Source: Clostridia bacterium (GTDB lineage Bacteria > Bacillota > Clostridia > TANB77 > CAG-508). From it: a DNA stretch of 64,000 bases. The notes beneath the pieces are model-generated. The model had not been told where the DNA came from. It was given only the letters and a program-made list of their open reading frames with translations, and searched no databases. The position numbers were made by a program, and so were the translations under genes. Positions 1 to 7,289 of this stretch are shown here, one piece after another; position 1 is the stretch's first letter, and every line of letters begins with the position of its first letter. The stretch covers positions 45 through 64,044 of the forward strand of contig JAFWMA010000012.1 of the NCBI GenBank assembly GCA_017510825.1, written 5' to 3'.

Positions 1-167
1 ATTGGTACTCCTATTTCACTCATTGGTATTGTTGCTAAATCTGCTATCATTATAGAAATTACAAATTCAAACGGTTGTAATTGACCTATTTCTCTTTTTC
101 CCATTAGTCTTGTTACAATTAAAACAATAACATACAGCACAATCGATCTAATATAAGTTACAAGCAT
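1..167 (-). CDS. DUF421 (YetF/YdfS-like) membrane protein, N-terminal fragment; gene continues past the left edge
   Basis: Own translation of the minus strand from ATG at 165-167: MLVTYIRSIVLYVIVLIVTRLMGKREIGQLQPFEFVISIMIADLATIPMSEIGVP. A TM helix followed by GKR-x-IGQL-x-FEFV matches the DUF421 N-terminus. GAGGAG RBS just upstream. Confidence 0.75.
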   Translation of the reverse strand, partial: MLVTYIRSIVLYVIVLIVTRLMGKREIGQLQPFEFVISIMIADLATIPMSEIGVP

Positions 168-181
168 CTTCTACTCCTCTA

Positions 182-296
182 TTTTGCAATTTGCAATTTG
201 GGACGGGCTATTTTTGCAAAACTTTTGCAGTTTGGGACGACCTTCTTCTGCAAAAGTTTTGCAAAAATAGCCCGTCCCAAATTGCAAATTGCAAAA
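182..296. repeat. Perfect 115-bp palindrome (49-nt arms, 17-nt loop)
   Basis: 182-230 is the exact reverse complement of 248-296 (checked base by base). Loop is tttgggacgaccttctt. Arms are built from TTGCAA/TTTGCAAA words around GGGACGGGC. Confidence 0.95.
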
Positions 297-317
297 AGTG
301 TAAAACTTATTTATAGT
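289..317 (+). promoter_or_regulatory. Putative sigma-A promoter for 399-770, with the -35 inside the palindrome arm
   Basis: TTGCAA (289-294), 17 nt spacer, TATAGT (312-317). Confidence 0.35.
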
Positions 318-398
318 ATGTCCAATTTAATTTTATTTATTTGTATATTTTAGCTTTTTTGGGAAATAATTAGATTATTAAATTTGGAGGCAAGTTAA

Positions 399-770
399 AT
401 GAAAATAAATAGGACTGTTCAATTTCTTGGTAGATTGTTTATTGCTATAATTATTTTAGGAATTACTGCTTTTTTCACTCCTGGTTTTGAATTAAATAAT
501 TTAGGTGTTTTGGCTATAGCTGTTTGTATATTAACTTTTGTTGATTTCTTTATCGGTAATTTTACTAGATTATTTTATCATCCTTATATGAAATTAATAA
601 TTGGATTTGTTTTAGCTTGTTTAGCACTTTACTATGTACAGTATTTTTTAATAGGTTATACTTTATCTTTAATTCCCATTGTTTTAGGTGCGATAGTTTA
701 TGGTTTAGTTGATTATATGCTACCTAATGAAGAAGACAAAAGCAAAACCAAACAGGAGCAACCTGCATAA
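399..770 (+). CDS. Small multi-pass membrane protein, family uncertain
   Basis: 123-aa ORF with GGAGG RBS (ttggaggcaagttaaATG). About four hydrophobic helices and a charged C-terminal tail. Confidence 0.7.
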   Translation: MKINRTVQFLGRLFIAIIILGITAFFTPGFELNNLGVLAIAVCILTFVDFFIGNFTRLFYHPYMKLIIGFVLACLALYYVQYFLIGYTLSLIPIVLGAIVYGLVDYMLPNEEDKSKTKQEQPA

Positions 771-886
771 ATCTCCTAATACACAAGAATATTTTGAAGT
801 TATGATTAAACATATTCATATAATTTGTAAACATAAGTTGTTTTTTGTATTATTTTGTTTCCATAATAACTTTTCAATTTATCAAC

Positions 887-953
887 TGTGGAAAACTATT
901 CATTATTAATGTACTATTTATAGTTTTCCACAAAGTTTTCCACAGTTTCCACA
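887..953. promoter_or_regulatory. Cluster of four DnaA-box-like 9-mers
   Basis: tgtggaaaa (887-895, reverse orientation), ttttccaca (924-932), ttttccaca (936-944) and gtttccaca (945-953). Three fit TTWTNCACA exactly, the fourth has one mismatch. 887-932 also forms a 13-bp inverted repeat. Confidence 0.4.
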
Positions 954-1084
954 AATATTACTTTTATATTTTATGTTGATTATTTTAGTATTTTATATGT
1001 TTTCTTTTATTTTTGTTAACCAATTCTATTTTTTTGACTACTTGTATATATGGCAATGGTATGTCAAAAATTGGTGTTCCAAAT

Positions 1085-1124
1085 TGTAAAAGTTTTGCAA
1101 AAATAGCCCGTCCCAAATTGCAAA
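1085..1124. repeat. Third (half) copy of the 182-296 palindrome arm
   Basis: tgtaaaagttttgcaaaaatagcccgtcccaaattgcaaa matches 249-288 with one mismatch. Confidence 0.9.
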
Positions 1125-1159
1125 AAAGGACGTCCTAAAATGGAAGAACGTCCCCTTTT
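1122..1159 (-). terminator. Rho-independent terminator after relA
   Basis: Minus strand reads AAAAGGGGACG-loop-CGTCCTTTTTT directly after the relA stop. Confidence 0.5.
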
Positions 1160-1166
1160 AAATATC

Positions 1167-3362
1167 TTATTTTGTTCTTTTTACTTCGTAAACACTGTCT
1201 ATTTTTCCTAGTTCTCTTACTACTTTGTTTAATAATGTTACATCTTTTACTTCAATTGTAACTTCTATTGTTGCAATTTTTTCAGCATTTGCTTTTGCTG
1301 ATATTGCTATTAGTTTTGCATCTGAATTTGCTATTACTTTAATTGTATCTGCAGTTAGTCCATCTCTATCATTAGCTAAGATTCTTATGTCTGCATTATA
1401 GGTACTATTTTCTTGATTGTTCCAATGAACTTCAATTATTCTTCCTTCATCTTTTATTAAGTCTTTAACATTTATGCAGTTCTTTCTATGAACTGTAACA
1501 CCTCTTCCTCTCGTAATATATCCTACTATTTCGTCCCCTGGTACAGGATTACAGCATTTTGAAAGCTTTACTAAACAGTTGTCAATTCCTTTTACTATTA
1601 TTCCTGTACTAGAAACTTTAGTTTTTCTTTCTTTATGAAGTTTTTCAATCTTTTCTTCTATGTTTATATTTTCTTTATTGTATTTTCTGTATTCTTCTAG
1701 TGTTCTTGCAATAATCTTCCCTTGGCCAATTGAGCCAAAACCAACTGCTGCATACATATCTTCTAATGTTTTAAATCTGTATCTTTTTAATGCAGCTTGG
1801 TAATATTTTTCTATAAATAGTTCATCATATGTCATTCCAATACGTTTTATTTCTTTTTCAATTAAGTCTTTGCCTTTTTCAATGTTATTCTTTCTTTCAT
1901 GTTTTTTAAACCATTGAAGAATTTTTGTTTTAGCATTAGAACTTTTTATAAATCTTAACCAATCTCTGCTAGGGCCTTTTGCATTATCATTTGTAACAAT
2001 ATCAACAATATCTCCATTTTTTAACTTAGTAATAATAGGCATCATCTTGCTATTAATTTTGCATCCAACCATGTGATTTCCAATTTCTGCGTGGATTAAA
2101 TATGCAAAATCAATTGGAGTGCTTCCCTTAGGTAGCGTTTTTATTTCTCCTTTTGGTGTAAAAACATATACTTCATCTTCAAATAATTCTGTTCTTAGAG
2201 TGTCCATAAATTCTTGTGGATCTTGCATATCTTTTTGCCATTCAAGGGTTTCTCTAAGCCATGATAGTTTATCTTCTGATACTGTGACATTTGCTTTTTT
2301 CCCTTTTAAAAAGCTTTGTTCTTTATATGCCCAGTGTGCAGCTATACCATATTCAGCAATTCTATGCATATTGTATGTTCTAATTTGGACCTCAAATGGT
2401 GTTCCTTTTTTTCCTATTAGTGTGGTATGTAAAGATTGATACATATTTGGTTTTGGAACAGCTATATAATCTTTAAATCTTCCAGGCATTGGTGTATATA
2501 AATCGTGAACTACTCCTAGTGCAGCATAACAGTCTTTTACTGAGTTTACCAAAATTCTAAGTGCAAATAAGTCATAAATTTGGTCTAGTGTTTTATTGTC
2601 TCTTTGCATTTTTCTGTAAATAGAATAAAGGTGTTTTGCTCTTCCAGTAACTTCAGCTACTATATGATTTTTTCTTAGATTTAGCTTTATTTCATCCATT
2701 ATTTGCTCAATAAATTTAAGTCTTTCTTCTCTTTTTTTGTCAATACCTTCAACAATTTCTCTAAATTCTTCTGGATATAGATATTTAAATGATAAATCTT
2801 CCAATTCCCATTTTAAAGAATATACACCAATTCTATTTGCTAATGGAGCATACAAGTTTATTGTTTCTGTTGAAATTGCAATTTGTCTATCTCTTTTTAA
2901 GTATTTTAGAGTTCTCATATTATGTAGTCTATCTGCTAGTTTTATTAGAATTACTCTAATATCTTTTCCCATTGCTAAAAACATTTTTCTATAATTTTCT
3001 ACTTGTTGTTCTTCACCACTTGCAAAATTAATCTTTTTTAATTTTGTTACTCCATTTACCATTTCAGCAATTTCTGTGCTAAATTCTTTTTCAACATCTT
3101 CAAAAGTCACATCTGTATCTTCTAATAAATCATGCATTAAAGCTGCGCAAATTGTTTCATCATCTAAACCTAAATCAGCTAAAATATATGCAACTTCTAT
3201 TGGATGAATTATATATGGCTCACCTGATTTTCTCTTCTGATCCCCATGATGATCAAAAGCATATTGATATGCTTTTCTTATTAACTTAGTATCACATCTT
3301 CTATTATGGCTTTTAGCAACTTGAATAATGTCATTTATTGTTCTTTGCTCCTCTTTTTTCAT
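1167..3362 (-). CDS. relA: Bifunctional (p)ppGpp synthetase/hydrolase RelA/SpoT
   Basis: 731 aa. HD hydrolase motif (HPIEVA...HDLLEDT), RelA/SpoT synthetase region (RFKDYIAVPKPNMYQSLHT), TGS and ACT-like C-terminus. GGGGGAAGG RBS. Confidence 0.95.
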   Translation of the reverse strand: MKKEEQRTINDIIQVAKSHNRRCDTKLIRKAYQYAFDHHGDQKRKSGEPYIIHPIEVAYILADLGLDDETICAALMHDLLEDTDVTFEDVEKEFSTEIAEMVNGVTKLKKINFASGEEQQVENYRKMFLAMGKDIRVILIKLADRLHNMRTLKYLKRDRQIAISTETINLYAPLANRIGVYSLKWELEDLSFKYLYPEEFREIVEGIDKKREERLKFIEQIMDEIKLNLRKNHIVAEVTGRAKHLYSIYRKMQRDNKTLDQIYDLFALRILVNSVKDCYAALGVVHDLYTPMPGRFKDYIAVPKPNMYQSLHTTLIGKKGTPFEVQIRTYNMHRIAEYGIAAHWAYKEQSFLKGKKANVTVSEDKLSWLRETLEWQKDMQDPQEFMDTLRTELFEDEVYVFTPKGEIKTLPKGSTPIDFAYLIHAEIGNHMVGCKINSKMMPIITKLKNGDIVDIVTNDNAKGPSRDWLRFIKSSNAKTKILQWFKKHERKNNIEKGKDLIEKEIKRIGMTYDELFIEKYYQAALKRYRFKTLEDMYAAVGFGSIGQGKIIARTLEEYRKYNKENINIEEKIEKLHKERKTKVSSTGIIVKGIDNCLVKLSKCCNPVPGDEIVGYITRGRGVTVHRKNCINVKDLIKDEGRIIEVHWNNQENSTYNADIRILANDRDGLTADTIKVIANSDAKLIAISAKANAEKIATIEVTIEVKDVTLLNKVVRELGKIDSVYEVKRTK

Positions 3363-3375
3363 AACCTTCCCCCTT

Positions 3376-5070
3376 TTATAGCGCTTTTCTGATATCCTTT
3401 AACACAATTTGAATTTTGTCTTTATTGTTAAATGTATTTATTTCTATATTTCCTATAATATCAATTTTATCATCAATTTGATACATATTTGCCATATCAC
3501 CCATATTAAATCCTATCGCATCTATGGATACTCTTTCATCTTGTAAAGTCATTTTTAAATGTTTACCTTCTGATAAAGTTCTAATAGCATAAATCCTTAA
3601 ATTTCTATATAAAATTATTGGCTTAGCATTTCCTTCTCCAAAAGGTTCCATAATATTTATTTCTTTAATAGCTTCTAAATCAATGTCTTTTGAAGTTATT
3701 TCTTCATCTATTTCGATTTTTTGTTGTAGCATATCTTTATCTATTTTTTCATTAGCATAATTTTCAAATTCTTGCTTGAATTTGTCTATATTTTTTGTTT
3801 TTAAGCTTAATCCTATAGCCATTCCATGTCCACCAAAATGTGTTAGGTTTTTGCTGCATTTTTCGATTGCTTCATGTAGATCAAATCCAGAAATACTTCT
3901 TCCTGATCCTCTTGCCTCATCACCTTCAATACATATTAGAATACTTGGTTTATAATATGATTCTGTTATTTTTGATGAAACTATCCCAATAATTCCGTGA
4001 TGCCAATTTTCTTTTGCTAAAACTAAACTTTTACCATTGCTATTTTCTTCAGCTTGTTCTAGAGCTTCTTTATAAATTCTTTTTTCAATTTCTTGTCTTT
4101 CTTTATTATATTCTTCTAAAGATTTTGCTAGCTTTCTAGCTTTTATTGGATCATCTGTTAGAAGTAAGTCTAGTGCATTTTCATGATGTCCCATTCTTCC
4201 ACAAGCATTTATTCTTGGAGCTATTCCAAATGAAATTGAAACTGCATCTATGTTTTTTATTCCAGCACATTTTACAATTTCTCTAATTCCCACATTTCTT
4301 AGTTGTCTTACTATCATCATTCCTAATTTTGCAATTACCCTATTTTCACTTACTAGTGGAACTATATCTGAAATTGTTCCAATGCAGGCTAAATCTAAAT
4401 TTTTTAATGCAATATTTTCATCTATATTCATTTTTATAGCTAGAGCCTGAGTTATTTTAAAAGCCACTCCACACCCAGCTAATTCCCTAAAATAATATTT
4501 ACTGTCTTTTCTTTTACAATCTATTACTGCTATTGTGTTTGGAATTTTCTCACCTGGTTCATGATGGTCTGTTATTATTACATCCATACCAAGTTCTTTT
4601 GCAAGTTCTGTTTCTTTTATTCCTGTTATACCACAATCAACTGTTATTATTAGGTTATATCCTCTCTCAGCAATTTTTCGAATAGCAGTTTCATTCATTC
4701 CATATCCTTCTGTAAGTCTGTTTGGAATGTATATATCTATGTCTAGTCCTATGTCTTTCATAAATCTTTTTAAAATTGCTGAACTTGTGATTCCGTCTGC
4801 ATCATAGTCACCATATACAATAATTTTTTCTTTTTTTTCTATTGCGGTCATTATTCTTTCAATTGCTGGTTCCATATCTGGCATTTCAAATGGATTTCCA
4901 AAGCTTTCCCTTGTTGGATTAAGAAAAGTTTCAATCTCTTCATCTGTCTTCATATTTTTGCTAGCAAGCATTGTTGAAACTAATCTACTTACATTAAACT
5001 TTTCTTCTATATATTTTTCTTTTTTTATTATATCATCTGACTTCTCTTTTTTTGTCCATATTTTACTCAT
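3376..5070 (-). CDS. recJ: Single-stranded-DNA-specific exonuclease RecJ
   Basis: 564 aa. DHH motifs (VYGDYDADGITS, TVDCGI, ITDHHEPG) and DHHA1-like GGHGMA. recJ-relA adjacency is typical of Firmicutes. Confidence 0.93.
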   Translation of the reverse strand: MSKIWTKKEKSDDIIKKEKYIEEKFNVSRLVSTMLASKNMKTDEEIETFLNPTRESFGNPFEMPDMEPAIERIMTAIEKKEKIIVYGDYDADGITSSAILKRFMKDIGLDIDIYIPNRLTEGYGMNETAIRKIAERGYNLIITVDCGITGIKETELAKELGMDVIITDHHEPGEKIPNTIAVIDCKRKDSKYYFRELAGCGVAFKITQALAIKMNIDENIALKNLDLACIGTISDIVPLVSENRVIAKLGMMIVRQLRNVGIREIVKCAGIKNIDAVSISFGIAPRINACGRMGHHENALDLLLTDDPIKARKLAKSLEEYNKERQEIEKRIYKEALEQAEENSNGKSLVLAKENWHHGIIGIVSSKITESYYKPSILICIEGDEARGSGRSISGFDLHEAIEKCSKNLTHFGGHGMAIGLSLKTKNIDKFKQEFENYANEKIDKDMLQQKIEIDEEITSKDIDLEAIKEINIMEPFGEGNAKPIILYRNLRIYAIRTLSEGKHLKMTLQDERVSIDAIGFNMGDMANMYQIDDKIDIIGNIEINTFNNKDKIQIVLKDIRKAL

Positions 5071-5149
5071 CTATTTCTCCTGTTTTTTTACAATAATTTA
5101 AGTTTTATTGCTGTATTTGTTTAATGTATATTTTACTATATATATGGTA

Positions 5150-5186
5150 AAAAAGCAAGATAGATAAAAAATCATCTTGCTTTTTA
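5150..5186. terminator. Bidirectional hairpin terminator
   Basis: aaaaaGCAAGATagataaaaaatcATCTTGCttttt, flanked by A-run and T-run. Confidence 0.55.
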
Positions 5187-5284
5187 TTTTTTGTGCTTTG
5201 ACTATATTATGAATTATTTTACTATTTATGTTAATCTAAAAGGTATGTGTCTTCGGTGACCTGTGTCCCCGGTGATCCCAAAAT

Positions 5285-5314
5285 GGGCCAAATGCTCCGT
5301 CGCCGGTGACCCAT
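5285..5314 (-). repeat. GC-rich 30-nt dispersed motif, copy a
   Basis: Minus strand ATGGGTCACCGGCGACGGAGCATTTGGCCC. Near-identical copies at 22067-22096 and 54494-54523. Confidence 0.85.
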
Positions 5315-5317
5315 TTA

Positions 5318-6817
5318 CTATTTTAGGGATACTGTACCATCATTTGCTACATTGACCCTTGACCCGGGAATGGAAACTACGACACGGCAAGCGTGACTAG
5401 GGTTGCTCCTGTTACCATCAGAAGCGCATAAGCGACCGGAACCCAAGTAGCCTGAATACACTCTACGCAAATCGAATTCAGCATCGTTCGAGAAAGCATA
5501 AACGCAACGCGAGGCAAGCCAGTAATTAGTGCCACTAGAATTAAATAGCTCCCCTCCTATTCCACTACTTCCGAAATCTCCTAATCTTGTTTTTGTTGTT
5601 TCATTATTCCCTGAATATAAATAAGTTTGGTTTACTGTTAGTGTACTTGCTGTTTTTGATGTGCTATTTATTAAATCTCCACTTATTGGTTCATAGTTAC
5701 TTGGAACTTCTTCATCATACATTGGGTTATTTGTGCTTTTGGCTACATTTCCTTCCGTTCCGTATATTTGTGGAAATTTTGTATTACTTGGTGTATATGT
5801 ATATGTTTTTGTTCCCACTTGGCCATCATTATATGTATCCTCCCTTGATGCTTGCACCATTTCTGTGTCCCAATTATAGCTACTTCCATTCATTCCTTCT
5901 GCTGCTTTTTTTATATCACTTAAATTTAATGCATGTACTCTACTGCTATCTACTCCATATCCACTTTCATTTGCAAACAACTTTGTACTTATTTCATTTA
6001 AATAATATAAACCGTTATCATATCCCCCTGCATCTTTAAATTCTACTGTTGTTCTTGTTGGCTGGCTTACTAGGTTTACTCCATTTTCATCTGCACTTAA
6101 TACATACCATTTTAAACTTTGTGTTCCTAAATTTGCTTGCGTAAATGTTTGTTCTGTTGCTCCTCCGTTTTTGTCACTTGGTATTACTACTTGTGTGCTT
6201 GTTACTGCTGGTTTGTATTCTACTTCCTGCAAGCCACTATGACTATTGATTGCCGAAATTGCTTGATCTCCCCATGGCAATCCTGGGGCAACGTAACTTG
6301 CAACTTCTATGTTTGTATAATTTTGTGGATAACTATATATTGTTTCTCCATTTGAATTTTCGAATCCTTTTACATAGTATATTGTTCTTGATTGCTCATT
6401 AATAATGTAAATATCATTTGATGATGGTGTACTACCTGGTTGAATTTCATAATTTCCTGTACCATAGCTTAGGCTTAACATATATGTTCCTGTTTTTGCG
6501 TATATTTTATTGTTTAGTTCATGTGCATTAATAATATAATATGTATTGTTATCGTTTGGGTTTATTGGTATGTTTTGCATACTACCATTATATATTGGCC
6601 CAATATCAGATATACTATCAGTTTGAGCATAAACTTGAGATACAGTTTCTGATAATATATTTAGATCGTCTTTAAATAGTGATATATCATTTACTTTTAT
6701 TATATTACTAATGTTAATTGCTGTTGGTATACTTATTAATCCTAATATTACTATTGTTATAACTAAAACTACTAATGTTATTCCTTTTTCATTATTTTTC
6801 TTATTATTCTTTTGCAT
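5318..6817 (-). CDS. Exported protein with pilin-like N-terminal anchor and a C-terminal lectin-like module of aberrant composition
   Basis: 499 aa. N-terminus MQKNNKKNNEKGITLVVLVITIVILGLIS (basic region, Gly, hydrophobic helix). C-terminus NYWLASR...RVVVSIP. AAGGGG RBS. The last 168 nt before the final 11 codons are A-depleted. Confidence 0.85.
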   Translation of the reverse strand: MQKNNKKNNEKGITLVVLVITIVILGLISIPTAINISNIIKVNDISLFKDDLNILSETVSQVYAQTDSISDIGPIYNGSMQNIPINPNDNNTYYIINAHELNNKIYAKTGTYMLSLSYGTGNYEIQPGSTPSSNDIYIINEQSRTIYYVKGFENSNGETIYSYPQNYTNIEVASYVAPGLPWGDQAISAINSHSGLQEVEYKPAVTSTQVVIPSDKNGGATEQTFTQANLGTQSLKWYVLSADENGVNLVSQPTRTTVEFKDAGGYDNGLYYLNEISTKLFANESGYGVDSSRVHALNLSDIKKAAEGMNGSSYNWDTEMVQASREDTYNDGQVGTKTYTYTPSNTKFPQIYGTEGNVAKSTNNPMYDEEVPSNYEPISGDLINSTSKTASTLTVNQTYLYSGNNETTKTRLGDFGSSGIGGELFNSSGTNYWLASRCVYAFSNDAEFDLRRVYSGYLGSGRLCASDGNRSNPSHACRVVVSIPGSRVNVANDGTVSLK

Positions 6818-6838
6818 ATTTAAAACCCCTTAATTATT

Positions 6839-7114
6839 TTATCTTTCATCACGTTCTTTTTCAAGTATTTTCTCGTTATTTCTGTTAAGAGTTGTTATAT
6901 TTCCTTCTGTACTAGGTTTTGCCGCTTTTCTTCTCTTTACATTTGGTAAAGGCCATTCTCTTTCATCTGAAAGTTTTTTACATTCATCTTCAGCTTCTTT
7001 TAGAATTTTCATTTCTTGAGAATCTGTTACAAATTCAGCATATCCAAGTTCATCAGGCACATCAACTCCTAAACGTGAATCAAGTGATTTTATTAATTTT
7101 GCTATTGTTCCCAT
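6839..7114 (-). CDS. Hypothetical 91-aa soluble protein, co-transcribed upstream of 5318-6817
   Basis: GAAGGAGG RBS, 21-nt gap to the next gene, no TM segment. Acidic N-half and basic C-half. Confidence 0.6.
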   Translation of the reverse strand: MGTIAKLIKSLDSRLGVDVPDELGYAEFVTDSQEMKILKEAEDECKKLSDEREWPLPNVKRRKAAKPSTEGNITTLNRNNEKILEKERDER

Positions 7115-7235
7115 CGTTAGGAATTCGCCTCCTTCTTTTTTTGAATAACATATATATTATATCACAACTAACAAAAAATAGCAAGAGTTTTTTACTGATT
7201 TACATAATTTTTTTATTACTTTGAACCTTATATCT

Positions 7236-7270
7236 AGGCACTTCTACATATATGCAGAAGTGCCTTTTTA
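7236..7270. terminator. Hairpin terminator after the MacB-like gene
   Basis: AGGCACTTCTacatatatgcAGAAGTGCCTttttt. Confidence 0.5.
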
Positions 7271-7289
7271 TTAATTTAGCAAATTTGTT

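Noticed and set aside
225-245. Guanidine-II (mini-ykkC) style GG-ACGA-CC hairpins in GGGACGACC / GGGACGGGC
   Set aside because: The stems would be only 2-3 bp, there is no paired second hairpin at the proper spacing, and there are no SMR/efflux or guanidine-related genes.
709-909. 66-aa ORF overlapping the end of 399-770 and the DnaA-box region
   Set aside because: No RBS, it overlaps a better gene, and its composition is typical of non-coding AT-rich DNA.
887-1040. Chromosomal replication origin (oriC)
   Set aside because: DnaA-box-like sites and AT-rich DNA are present, but there are no dnaA/dnaN/rpmH-type neighbours. The 38-kb run of minus-strand genes to the right is the opposite of what is expected on the right flank of an origin. 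Reported only as a DnaA-box cluster.
2119-2439. Antisense ORFs inside well-supported genes (e.g. 2119-2439, 2737-2994, 5587-6039, 8887-9279, 19297-19713, 20893-21312, 39259-39789, 55996-56523, 61410-61778)
   Set aside because: These are low-complexity Leu/Phe/Ser/Ile-rich shadow frames of AT-rich genes on the opposite strand. They have no RBS and no recognisable domains.
5231-5314. 27-aa ORF MGHRRRSIWPILGSPGTQVTEDTYLLD, and the 8-aa versions at 22070-22096 and 54497-54523, as real genes
   Set aside because: The conservation is equally well explained at the nucleotide level. The lengths differ (27 versus 8 aa), and only one copy has any RBS-like sequence. Kept as a possibility inside the motif finding, not called as CDS.
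5231-7114. A complete diversity-generating retroelement cassette (target, avd, TR, RT) at the VR-like gene
   Set aside because: Downstream is recJ. Upstream is a 91-aa protein that does not look like an Avd four-helix bundle, then a MacB transporter. No RT-like ORF and no second GC-rich copy of 5354-5521 was seen anywhere in the window. Only the VR-like signature is reported.
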